DNA from: Octopus vulgaris
Lineage: Eukaryota
Reading direction: 5' to 3'
Assembly: GCA_951406725.2 (NCBI GenBank)
Contig: OX597815.1
Location: 16,492,001-16,556,000, forward strand
DNA length: 64,000 nt
The number at the start of each line of letters is the position of its first letter. Within the stretch, counting starts at the first letter, position 1. The position numbers and the translations under genes were made by a program. Positions 14,001-28,100 of this stretch are shown here, piece by piece. The notes under the pieces are model-generated. The model made no database searches. It worked only from the letters and a program-made list of their open reading frames with translations, and was not told where the DNA came from.

Positions 14001-14930
14001 ATACAACAAAGAATTTAGTAAAATAACTTAGTTATCATTCAGCTAGTGTTAGGAACATAAATTGTAACTAGGGTTTGGTGGAAGATTTTAATTCAAAACT
14101 TATGAAAACAAGACATTTGTACTCAGAACCAGAGCCTGGTTGGTAACAAAAGGGTTAAACATGATTTAATTTATGCTTATATCCACAAAACTTTATGTTA
14201 TTTTTAATAAAATAATAATAATAATAATGAAATTATTGTATACAGTGCTCAGGTGCACCACAACTTGTCAAAAGTGCGTATAAAGCATATGCAGTAATGT
14301 ACAAATGTCTGGAAAGCGAACAATGCATGAGTCAGATACATGCTTGTGTGTGCATGGAGGAAAGAAAATCAGGTGTAGTGTTGGCGAATCTCTCAGGAAG
14401 CATGGAAGTTTTGAAGGATGCAGTGCTCCGACAACTAACAACTGATGCCGGCAGTTTGTTCCATGCTTCAGCGACTCTTAGCGTGAAAAAATGTTTTTAT
14501 TTGTTTTGTTGTTGCTTCATTTTAATGTATAGAAACAACAGTACCCATGACTTTTCCAGAGCATCCAAAACTGGTGGAGGAAAAGAGGAAGTAGTTACTA
14601 TCAGACTAGAGACCAGCCTACCGTAAATGTTTGCAAAAGTGTGGAACCCAAGAAGGAACCCAAGAGCCAGGTGGTGGTGCTAAACCAGGCAATTTTAAGT
14701 CTACTACCCAAACTATCATCAATATTTCATAGTTAGAAAACATTATCATTTTAATTTGTCGATATTAGCAGGAGTGGCTGTGTGGTAAGTAGCTTGCTAA
14801 CCAACCACATGGTTCCAGGTTCAGTCCCACTGCGTGGCATCTTGGGCAAGTGTCTTCTGCTTATAGCCCCGGGCTGACCAATGCCTTGTGAGTGGATTTG
14901 GTAGACGGAAACTGAAAGAAGCCTGTCGTA

Positions 14931-15005
<75 letters not shown>

Positions 15006-16702
15006 ATGTATATGTTTGTCTGTCTGTGTTTGTCCCCCTAGCATTGCTTGACAACCGATGCTGGTGTGTTTACGTCCCCGTCACTTAGCGGTTCGGCAAA
15101 AAGAGGCCGATAGAATAAGTACTGGGCTTACAAAGAATAAGTCCCGGGGTCGATTTGCTCGACTAAAGGCGGTGCTCCATCATGGCCACAGTCAAATGAC
15201 TGAAACAAGTAAAAGAGAGTAAAGAGAGTTTCTATAACGAATGCTGATCGGTTGCATTTTTGTCCATGCTTGATTACAATCTTATTTATTTATTTTGCTA
15301 GTGCACTTCTGTGAATGATGTTCTCATTGTTAAGCCCTAGATCAGTTATAATTCAGCAGACCTAAAATCAATAACATGCCAGTTAGTTATGAATATCCCA
15401 TTTTTATATTACTAAAAAGAGATTATGAGCAATGGCTATGTAACAGGATGAAGGTCTCAGGAACACTTGGTGAGTATCGGTCTTATCCTGTTATATTCAA
15501 GTGTGTCGAAAGGAAAGCCAAAACTTTGACTATCTTCAACAGCAATAAATAATACTTTATTTTTGATCTGGATTCACAAATAGAATATTTACACATATAT
15601 TTTCTTCAGGGTAAACTGGTAGCCAAGTCCATTAAACTATTCACAATAGTTAACTTGTGTGAGCCAAAATGCTGTCTCCATTCCCACGTAGAAGGGGGCT
15701 TCTCTACGTGCTAGGTTTTCCTTGAGAGAAGGTTGAGTCGTGTCCACTCGATAGGGCTGCAGCCTCAAAAAGACCGATCTAGCGGGAAAAATTTCTGTTG
15801 GCAGTTCTCTGCGCATGCGTGCCGAAAACTTGCAAAATAGCGTCACTACAGCTAAAATATTGAGCAAAACCTGATAACCAGTTGATCTAGCAAGTAGGAC
15901 CTCATTTCAGTGAGCAGGGGTCAGTGCACAATGATAGCATTGAGAGGAAGACCCCAAAACGGTGCACATTCTTTCCTGATGACCCCATAAACTTGCTAGC
16001 ATCTGATATGTGGAGATTCCAACTGGTAACACTTGCTTCTGCATGTTGTTTGCAGAAAAAAAAAAAAAGGAAATATAGTGTACCTAGGGGTACATTTTTC
16101 AGTAAATCCTTTTTTTTAAGACAGTACATATTTAAAAGAAATTTAGCAACTGCTTTTTGCTAGTTTAGTGACTACGTTGAAGCTACCTTTGTTAGTTCAC
16201 CATGGATGTTTTCCTTAGAAGTATGTGTACTCCCCACCTCCTCTTTCTTCTCCTCCTCGTTTAACGTCCACTTTTCCATATTTCCATGGGTCAGATGATT
16301 ACATATTTCAATAATTAAAAGTGCCAGTAGCACGTAAAAAGCACCACCCAACTGTGTCCATTGCCAGCGCTGTCCCGACTGGCCTCCGTGCTGGTGGCAC
16401 GTAAAAAACACCATCCGATCAAGGCTGTTGCCAGCCTTGCCTGGTCCCCGTGCCGGTGGCACGTAAAAAGCATCCGTCCGTGGCCGTTTGCCAGCCCCAT
16501 CTGGCACCTGTGCGGGTGGCACATAAAAAGCGCCCACTACACTCACGGAGTGGTTGGCGTTAGGAAGGGCATCCAGCCGTAGAAACACTGCCAGATCACA
16601 CTGGGCCTGGTGCAGCCTTCTGGCTTCCTAGACCCCAGTTGAACCATCCAACCCATGCTAGCATAGAAAGTGGACGCTAAACGATGATGATGATGATGAT
16701 GA

Positions 16703-16763
<61 letters not shown>

Positions 16764-18171
16764 TATATACATATATATATATACTGACTGGTGTCCGAAA
16801 ATGTGTAATTAATAATCCTGGTATAAAGAGGACAAAACACAACGATAGTTAACTTAACTCTTTGAGTCTACAACTGAAGATGTTCTTTCAACTCCATGTA
16901 GACACTATAATGATACGTCTTAGAATAGCAATACCTTAATAGACACTTAGCACGATAATGATGATGATGATGACATTAATGATGATGATGATGACATCAT
17001 TGAGGATAATAGCATCATTGGTGAAAATAACAATGGAATTGGTAATGATAAGGATGAAGTTAAGTTTTCTATTTGTCAGTGATAACAATATTGTGTATCA
17101 TGTAAAACTTTAAAACAGAAAAGATATTCAGCAATCAACTTACACACATCAGTGGCTCTTCTAGCATTCGTGCAAGATATTTCTTCTTTTGGGCATCATT
17201 TCCTGCTAAAATTACTGGTACTTGCTGTATAAAAGAGAAGCAAAGAAGCAATATGAAAAAAAACAATTACTCCTAGAGGCAAGTGAAATACTTGTGAAGA
17301 CCTGTTGAGGCAAGTGAAAATGAAGAAATGAAAAAATGAAAACCAAAATCAAAATCAAAATCGATCAACATCAATGGAAATTGTAGCTGTGATACCAGTG
17401 CCAATGGCACGTAAGAGAACCATCCAAACATGGCCGTTGCCAGCCTCGCCCCGACTGGCCTCCGTGCTGGTGGCATGTAAAATGCACCATCCAATTGTGG
17501 CCGTTTGCCAGCCTCGTCTGGCACCTGTGCAGGTAACACGTAAAAAATACCCACTACACTCACGGAGTGGTTGGCATTAAGAAGGGCATCCAGCCGTAGA
17601 AACACTGCCAGATCACACTGGGCCTGGTGCAGCCTTCTGGCTTCCCAGACCCCAGTGGAACCGTCCAACCCATGCTAGCATGGAAAACGGACGTTAAACA
17701 ATGATGATGTTGATGATGAGGCGGTGAGCTGGAAGAATCGTTAGTTTACCAGGCAGAATGCTTAATGGCATTTCAGCTGTCTTTACATTCTGAGTCCAAA
17801 TTCCACAGAGGTCAACTTTGCCTTTCATCTTTACGGGGTCGATAAATTAAGTAACAGTCAAGTACTGGGTTCAATGTGATCAATTTACCCCCTCCCCCAA
17901 ATTTTAAGGCCTTGTGCCTATTGTAGAAAGGATTATTATTATTGTGGAGGGCAGGCAAAATCCCTGACAGAACCATTAGCATGCTGAGCAAAATGCTTGG
18001 TGGCATTCCATCCATCTTTACATTCTGAGTTCAAATTCTGTTGAAGTCTACATTGCATTTCATCCTTTCGAGGTTGATAAAACAAGTACCAGGTGAGGAC
18101 TGGTACACCTGTGGAACTGCTGGCCTTGAGCCAAAATTTGAACTATATAAAGACAGACAGATAGACAGGCA

Positions 18172-18212
<41 letters not shown>

Positions 18213-18820
18213 CATTCTCCAAGCCTTCCGACGACTCCAGTCCGACCCCTCCACTTCGCACATCTTCCATAACTGACCCCTCCCCTCCTTCAAACAAGCC
18301 CAAAACCTATGAGACTTCTTGGTCCACAGCTTCTTTCAAACCTAACTTCCCAACCCAGCTCGTTCCCCTGCTCCCGCCCACACTGCCGCACTTTCCCATA
18401 CCTCTCCAACACCTATCATTGACCCTATCACATCACCGACTCCTTCACCTGCACTTCTAGCAACGTCATCTGCTGCATCTCCTGCTCTCTCTCATTCTCT
18501 GCCCTTCTCTATACATCAGGCAAACGGGACACTGCTTGGCTGAACGGTTCATGGAACACCTGCAAGACATCTGACTTGGCAATGACATCCTGGTCTCGAG
18601 CCATTTCCGCTCTACCAGTCACTCTTTGCAACACCTGTCTGTGTTTGGATTGTCCTTGCACAGGGACAAACCAACCAAAATTGCAAAGATAATCTTGAAC
18701 TCAAATAAGGATAGGAAACTCCGATTGACCCATCCTTGTTTACTTTGTATCGTCTGTCTGGATGTTTTGTGTTCTTGTCCCATGTTTGTAGTTTCCATAT
18801 ATAAAAATATAGCAGCGTAC

Positions 18821-18859
<39 letters not shown>

Positions 18860-21800
18860 TAAATAAAACATATGCATATATATAAACATATATGTACGTA
18901 CCTACCTCTACATGTATATATACACGCATATATGAGTACAGGACACCAAAAAACGTCGAACACAATGAGAAACGAAAACATAGACACAAACCAAAGGAAC
19001 TGGACATTTTTTTAAACAACAAAAAAAATAGAGTACAGGACAATTAACACAAAGAAAAAACCCCTTCTTCAGTCGCCATGGTTTCATCTACTCTATACAT
19101 ACACACACACATGTACACACACACAGCGTATTATCAACATAATACAGCTTACTGAAATTTAAATATCAAATAACAAAGCCACAAAACTAATCACTTAAAT
19201 AACAAATTTTGATAAGCCTTTCTTAATTAGGTCAGTTGCAACATACATAATGAAGTGCGGCAGTGAGGAGAAAAAAACCCATTTATTTTGTGATTAATTC
19301 TGGTCAAGATATGCAAGGGGAGTAACTTGAAAATTTAAATATAGGAAAATTTATTGAAATACAATGTAGTATTCCAGTGAGGAGTGGTTGGATCCTTTTC
19401 AGTTTGGCAACAACTTGATATATTTGGGTCTCAGAGCTTCTTAGTGAAGTATAGTCTTACTAGCACTGTCAGATCTTGAGATAATGCAGGCATCATCATC
19501 ATCGTTTAATGTCCGTTTTCCGCACTAGCACGGGTTGGACGGTTCGACCGGGGTCTGGGAAGCCAGGGGCTGCACCAGGCTCCAGTCTGATCTGGCAGTG
19601 TTTCTACAGCTGGATGCCCTTCCTAACGCCAACCACTCCGCGATGGTAGTGGGTGCTTTTTACGTGCCACTGGCACAGGTGCCAGGGGAGTCTGGCATCG
19701 GCCACAATCGGTTGGTGCTTTTTACGTGCCACCGGCACAGATTTCTAATAAATAAACATTGATAGGGGTAACAACTAAGAATGATTTGGATACAGGGAAG
19801 GAAGAAATACTCCTGGAAAGCCTTCTCCATCAAAACATATAGTTAAGTCTATGCTAACACAATGCAGTGAGCCAAAAAATATCAAATGGAATTACAACTG
19901 TAGCGAGGAGGAAAAAATCAGCAGCTTAATCCTTTAGCATTCACATTATTCTGTCAAATTCACATTCTTTTGAATTAATCACACATGAACTCATAGCTTT
20001 GATATTTCAATGATGTGATTATCCGGTGCCCATGCCAGTGGAGCGTTGACAGATCCATCCGAGCGGGATCACTACCAGAGCAGCTGTCTGGCTTCCGTGC
20101 CGGTGGGCACGTAAAAAGCACCATCTGAGTGTGATCATTACCAGCGACACCTTACTGGCACTTGTGCCAGTGGCACATGAACAAAACATTCGAGCGAGGT
20201 CGTTGCCAGTGCCACTGGACTGACTCCTGTGCAGGTGGCACGTAAAAAACACCATTTCAAGCTTGGCCGTTGCCAATACTGCCAGACTGGCCCTCGTGCA
20301 GGTGGCGCATAGAAGCACCCACTACACTCTCGGAGTGGTTGGCGTTAGGAAGGGCATCCAGCTGTAGAAACTCTGCCAGATCAAGATTGGAGCCTGGTGC
20401 AGCCATCTGGTTCGCTAGCCCTCAGTCAAATTGTCCAACCCATGCTAGCATGGAAAGCGGACGCTAAACAATGATGACGATGATGATGATGAATGATATT
20501 CTAGAATAGGTGTGAGACGCTGGGTCTGACTGATTTGAAAATACAAGAGGTAGACTACTTGGCCTAATATAGCTGGTCTGAATATACAACAGGTAGAGTA
20601 TTTGGGCCTAATGTGGTCAGTTTGAATGCTAAAGGGTTAATAAATAATTCAGCTAAAGAAATAGAGGGGAGAGAACTCTGATATTTGAATTAATTAAAAT
20701 TAATAAAAAAAAACAGAATGTCAACAAGCAGTTCAGTTTTGTTTTCTTGCAATGTATTAACTTACCCCAAGGGAATTTGCTTCAATTGCAGTTTGGATAC
20801 CTGTACATCCATAAGCTAATTCTTCTGTTGTAATACAAGAATCAGATATTCCTAAACCCAAACCACCTGTAAAAAAAAAAAAAAAATAAGATAATATTAT
20901 CAAGAAAATCTGAGACATGCAAAGAAAAAATGGTTGTCTGACTCATTCAGGAACTTTGAATTAGAACTGATTTGGACCCTGATGGAAATAGATAAGAAAA
21001 CAATGCTAATGGAAAGATACCTAGTGAATTGTAAGTCGGGTACTAATTCTATCAATGTCTATTTGCTGAGATGCAAAGTCACAAAAGAAAAGGATGCAAC
21101 ATGAAAAACAGTAGTTTCTTTTAAGACCAGTATAAACATAGATATAGATATGGACACACGGACACACATGCAGAGCCAGAGATACGGTGAAGACATCAGC
21201 AGTAGGACCAACAAGGCAGGGGAGTACTAGATAAATTGATGATGATGATGTGTGTATACATATATCATCTTGATCATCATTGTTTAGTGTCTGCCTTCCA
21301 TGCTGGCATGGGTGGAACAGTTTGACAAGAGCTGGCTAGGCAAAAGCCTGCACTAGCCTTCTGTAACTATTTTGGCAGAATTTTTACAGCTGGATTGCCC
21401 TTCCTAACATCAACCAACCAGCTCTAAAAATTCTATCAAAACAGTTACAGAATTGTATGTATATATATATATATATATATGAAGAGGTAGACCAAGGAAG
21501 ATTTGGGATGAGGTGGTGAAGCACAACCTTCAAACATTAGGCCTCACTGAAGCAATGACTAGTGACCAAGACCTTTGGAAATATGCAGTGCATGAGAAGA
21601 CCTGGCAAGCCAAGTGAGGCCATAACCCGTGGCCTATGCCAGAGGTGTAACCAGTCCACTTATGTGTACCTTTCCTTCATTGGACACTAAACTCTGCTTG
21701 CGAAGACCTGTTGAGGCAAGTGAAATCAAAATAACTGGCTTCCGTGCGGGTAGCATGTAAAAAGCACCATTCAAACGTGATTGTTACCAGTTACCAGTGT

Positions 21801-22270
21801 TGCCTTACTGGCAGTGATCACATTCGGATGGTGCTCTTAGCACTCCACTGGCACGGGTGCCAGTCATCGAATTCGCGAATTTGATTTGATTTTGATTTCA
21901 CTTGCCTGGTCTTCGCAAGCAGAGTTTAGTGTCCAATGAAGGAAAGGACGTGAAAAACATTCACGCGAGGTTGTTGCCAGTTCTGCTAGACTGGCTCCTG
22001 TGCAGGTGGCACATAAAAAACACCACTTGAGCATTACCATTGCCAGTACCACCTGACTGGCCCTTGTGCTGATGGCATATAAAAGCACCCACTACATTCT
22101 TGGGGTGGTTGGCTTTAGGAAAGGCATCCAGCTGTAGAAACTCTGCCAGATCAGATTGGAGCCTGGTGCAGCCATCTAGTTTGCTGGTCTTCGGTCAAAT
22201 CGTCCAACCAATGCTAGTATGGAAAGCAGATGTTAAACGATGATGATGATATATATGTGTACATGTTGTA

Positions 22271-22307
<37 letters not shown>

Positions 22308-23371
22308 TCAAAATGTGACCGCATGTGTACCGTTGGTGATTTTTTTTCCTCCATCTTCCCTTCCCTGGATCTTTCCTTTTCTTATGTTTCTGACGAAGAG
22401 CTCCGCTCCAAACGTAAATCCCTCGTTCTTCCCTTCCTTCCTGAGCGTCCAATAATACTATATTTGTTCCACGTCCTTGCGTTGTGTTTTCTCTTTGTGT
22501 TTTCATGTTTGGATTAACTATATATATATATATATATTTATATAAATATTAATTTAGCAAAGACCCAAGTCCTAGTAAGTAGGAAAACAGAAAAATCATT
22601 GATCCCTTTAGGGAGATGGCCCTGCTCAATATGTAGAAAAGGTATCAGGAGACACTCCATACAATGTACCTAGTGCAAGCTATGGATACGTTAAGAGATG
22701 CAACAGTGTCACTGGAAGACTAACAGAGAAAGTAGTCTTTACATGTGGCAGATGTGCTGGGACATTAAACACCAGGAATGTACAAAAAAGACTTCCTCAA
22801 ATGACAGGAGGTTCTTTAGAAGTAGTAGACTGTTTCTGTTACTTAGGTGACCAAGTTAGTTGTGGGAGAGGTTGCTCTGAAAGCATGGCTGCTAGAATAA
22901 GAATAAGCTGGGCAAAGTTCAGAGTTACTACCTCTGTTAGTAAAGATGCTTGTGTACAAACAGCTATGCTACATGGCAGTGAAATATGGGCTGTGACTAC
23001 TGAGGATATGCAAAGGCTTGAAAGAAATGAAGCCAATATGCTCTGCTGGATGAGTAATGTCAGTGTGCATATACGACAGAGTGTAAGTGATTTGAGAGAA
23101 AAACTGGGTGTGTGAGGCATTAAATGTAGCGTGCAAGAGAGAAGACTGCACTGGTATAGTCATGTAATGTGTATGAATGAAGACAGTTACATCAAGAGGT
23201 ACCGATCTCTATATTTGGAAGGAATGTGTGGAAAGGGTAGACCCAGAATGATGTGGGAAGAAGTGGTTAGAAAGGATCTTCAGATGTGGGCCTCAGAGAG
23301 GGGATGATCATGACAGAAGACCATGACTCCTGGCAGTTTGCTGTGCTTGAGAAGACATATCAAGCTAATAA

Positions 23372-23444
<73 letters not shown>

Positions 23445-25105
23445 TATATACATATAAATAAATATATATACATATAAATATATAAAAAATACATACATAT
23501 ACACATACATATAAATATATATGCATACATATACATACATATACACATACATATTAATATAAATTTACGAGCCTGATGACATGTGATAGTTTCCTTTCAT
23601 GGTGGCATACTCTCCATCGAATATTCTATGAATGAACTCATTAATTCTAAAACATCAATTCCTTGAGATAAGAGACAGCCCAGAAAATGTGTTGCATATA
23701 AGAATGTCTTTCAGCGATGAGTCTATTTTTATCAACTCCATTTCGCCAGCAGTATTCATCTTGAAAGCTTATTTACTCTGTCAATTTATACTCACATCAA
23801 CAACCAATGTCGCATTCTAGTAGCAAACACAGATGTAAGAAAGAAGGAATAAATAACATAAGAAATCCTAAACAGGCACACGTCATCAGCCCCTTAAATT
23901 GTGATAATAAAAGTGAAACTAATGATAGGTACAACAACAATATTATTATTAATTATAAAAGTAATGGCACTAATAATAACAATAGACCAATGAGCAGTAA
24001 CCCCAATCTTGCAAATAAAGGAAACAATACTGTCTGGCTAATACTACCATATGCTATGCAAACTTAAAAATAACTTAGTAAAAACAATATTTAAACTAAT
24101 TAACAAATATTTTATAAAAGGAAAAAATAATTACTGGGAAATCATTAATAGTAAAACAGTAAGAATAGGATAGAGTCTGATGCATAACCTGGCTACTATC
24201 ATCTCCTCCATGAATAACAAAAAACTTGACACCTTCTACTACTACTAATAAATAACCTGGCTACTATCTCCTCCATGAATAACAAAAAACTTGACACCTT
24301 CTACTACTTAAATAGGAAAAATAATAACAGTAATACACACACTAATAATAACAACAATCATAATAATAGTAATAATAATAATAATAATAACAATAATAAT
24401 AATAATAATAGCACCAGTCATAGCAATAGTAATATCACACCTAATGACACCCCCGATATACATACTAACCGTACCAGTGTAACCCCCACACAACAGTATA
24501 GGCCTTGTAATTGTAGAATTAGCAATAATTGTGTGTTTAGTAATAATTGCAATAGAAAAATAGTTTACCAATGTGTAGTGAGTACTCAATCGAGTAATAA
24601 GGTATATATGGGAGCCACCCAGAACCATATGAAACACAGGCTAAATTACCATATGTATACCTTCAGAAACAGGAATAGGAGGAACTCAACGGGATTAAGT
24701 AACTATATATGGGACCTCAAGGGTAAGAATATTAGCTATGACCTACGTTGGAAAATCCTAGCCTCAGCACATGCATATAATGTTAAGAATAAGAAATGCA
24801 CTTTATGCGTAAGTGAAATTTTCTTCATGCTTAAGGCCAATCTTACTCTTAACTCTCTCAAAGAGAGAAATGTTTTTCGCCTTCATAAGGCTAAACACAC
24901 TTTCTCTAAATACCATTAATATCATTAATATTAACTGTTACTAGTGCTAGTACCCCTCTCGATAACAATAATAATATTTTCCCTAATATTGGTATAATAT
25001 TGGTATAATATTGATTACTAAATATTGATTACTATCTTTTCCTAATGTTATTCATTATGCTTGTTCTTCCTCTCCTAATATTTGTGTTTAACAACACTGT
25101 GTGTG

Positions 25106-25136
<31 letters not shown>

Positions 25137-28100
25137 ATGTATGTATGTATGCATGTATATATATGTATGTATATATGTGTGTGAGTATATGTATGTGTGT
25201 GTGTGTATATATGGATATGTGTGTGTATGTATGTATGTGTGTGGGTATAAATAGATATAGATATAAATATCCAATTACATCAGTTTATCATTGGGATGTT
25301 ACTCCATATTCTTATTAGCAATAATCTCTATGCATTCATCTTAACCCTTTCGTTACTATATTTCTGACCAAAATACACCCCCTCATGAGTTTCAATTAAA
25401 TTCTAAAATAATCATGAATCTAGGCTTGTTTCATTAAATAACTGTAACTTTTTTACTTATCAACATATTAATGTGATATTTGGAACATAATTAAAGAAAG
25501 GGTTCTTAATCAATTCTATTGCATAACTTTTGTCTCAAAGTGACTTTAATTACAGGTAAATCCAGGTAAATTGAGCAAAAGGTAAAAATATTAAAATTTT
25601 AAATTGAGCAAAAGGTAAAAATATTAAAATTTTGTTTAAACATCACCATAGAAAATGAATCATCAGCTAATATTCAAATGGGTATGCAACAAAATTTTGA
25701 TAAAGAAGAATTGTGCACATCACTATATCATCAGTTGAATTTAATGCACAACAGGTGTACCATAAAGGTGGAATAAAGTGAAATACTGGAATCCACCTAA
25801 GTTTGACCGAACTAAAGAAATCGGTCAAAAAATAATATACGGCCCTGGTTATGGTATGGAAGTGATAAATTCCAGACCACATCGTTCCCTAGGCCATGCT
25901 GACTAACATTATTTTCCCTGTATAAAAACTAAATCCACGCAGTACCCAGTATTTGCTTCACAAATTTTCCGAAATTTGAACCCCCATTTTGTGTTTGTTT
26001 ACATTTTGCGTAAGTTTGTTTCCGCATTGATCGCTTCAAACAATAACTTCCAGACCACATCATACCCTAAGCCATGCTGACTAACATTAGTTTCCCTGTA
26101 TAAAAACTAAATCCACAACAGTACCCAGTATTTGCTTCACAAATTTTCCAATTCGGAATCAATGCTTGATAACATGAAACTCCAATCCATTTTCAAAGTT
26201 GAAGAAAAATCGATGCCGAAAAAAATGTGGAAAAAATCTCCCAAAATTCAGGGAATTAAAATTACACGTCGATCGTTGTACAAAACTGTAGATGAACTGT
26301 TTACGAAGTATAATCACGTGTTTTCACGAATGTACAAAAGAGATTTGCTCTGATATTCTCATTTAAATATGAATAGGTAAATTCGGGCGGCTTTGGGCGG
26401 TTTGGTAACGAAAGGGTTAAACACTAATTTTAAGCACCCATTAGAAACCACCTGTGTGTCTGGATATTTATAACTACCCGTACTTGTACATCTAGGTGGA
26501 TTAAAATACATCTAAACATTAACACATATCTATCCCACCATCCCCACAAGAGCCAGTATGACCCCCATTGTAACTATAAATAAACCCATATGGCTCTTAG
26601 GTTAATATTTTACAACTTAATAACCTGATATAATTACAATACAGCATATAGTAAATTAGGTTCCCTAAATAATACCTGTATCAAAACATGAATACTTTCT
26701 GCTTATATCCAGAATTCTTTATAATCTCAACCTTATTTCTAATGTCTATGAATGTCTTATACTCTAGAATCAATTGAAATACACAGTTACCTCCCTTCAT
26801 CTATAGTCTACAAGCCTAAAATACTTTAACCCAGACACATCATCATCATCATCATCACCGTTTAACGTCCGTTTTCCGTGCTAGCATGGGTTGGACGGTT
26901 CAACCGGGATCTGGGAAGCCAGAAGGCTGCACCAGGCTCCAGTCTGATCTGGCAGTGTTTCTACAGCTGGATGCCTTTCCTAACGCCAACCACTCTGTGA
27001 GTGTAGTGGGTGCTTTTTACGTGCCAGTCCACATTAACGCTTTTACTTTCGGACTTTACTAGTAAACTTGTAATTATTACTCAGACCTACCAACAATGTA
27101 ATAACACTCCATAAATACTATTCTAGTATATATCTTAGTGTAGTATCTCACCACTGATAATGTAATATCAGCAGACTTAACTACAATGGAACCCATTGGC
27201 GTCTGTTTATCATTTGTTTACCCTTCAATTAAATGCTTCTTCATTTACAGAAAACTACTCGTTAATTAGATATGTATCTCAGATATTTTCAAATAAAACA
27301 CTATTCACATATCTGCAAGTACTTTCCTTGGCCCTTCCATCGGTAAGGACCCCCCGCCCCAGACTATTCATGCCTGAAATATTCTTATACTGATATTTGT
27401 ATTTATCTTTATTTTTATTTTATTTTATTTTATTATTATACTTTTGTTTTACTAGTCTTGGAATTCATTGATAGCCCTAACGGACTTGAACAACGCCGTT
27501 GTTTTTACGTATTAGATGACCAATTAGGTTGTAGGATTGACACTAACCCTAGCCCACTACATATAGGGGCTTTAGAACTAGGTTTCAGTCAAGAAGTAAC
27601 TAATATTAGCATCGTATTTAAAGTTTCACCCAATTTTCTTTCATTAATATACTCATGTATTAAACTTCCCCCTAAAGAGTTTAATCTAAGTTATTTCTGC
27701 CAACTCTTTTAAAAATGTTATATCTACTAAATAACGGTTGGCATTTAACCTCTAACCCCTGTAACATGGACCAAGCCATTAAACCCACCACATAACATAC
27801 TACCCTCACTATTTCTCCCAGTATAACAGAAACACGATGCAAACCGCAGCCTGCAGAAATTCCTCTTGAGTGTGACTTTATTCATCTACTTACCACAGAA
27901 TGGAATACCATGGATTATATTAACACCTTAATTGAAGTCCTTACCTTACCTTTCTTTACTATGTCTATCACATTATTTTATTTTATTTTACCCTACTCTA
28001 TTTTTTAACTGACTTTCACACATGTTAGTTCCCTAACATTTGGACCCTTCTTCATATTGAGAGGTTACAGCTCTGGTACAACAGACATGTGGTTAGAATG

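Noticed and set aside
15600-15900. GC-richer island with TGCGCATGCG (NRF1-like) in ACADM intron 6
   Set aside because: No ORF homology, termini or second copy visible; probably an unclassified repeat fragment.
16320-16545. CRISPR-like repeat/spacer pattern (also at 11660-12000, 20020-20320 and 40337-40490)
   Set aside because: Eukaryotic intron, no cas genes, the spacers are related to each other, and the array is the 3' UTR of an RTE LINE.
23565-23615. CTGATGA-CATG...CATG upstream of a Penelope relic, and the minus-strand CTGAAGA at ~19066-19072
   Set aside because: No GAAA box or cleavage triplet in the right position, so it cannot be called a ribozyme.
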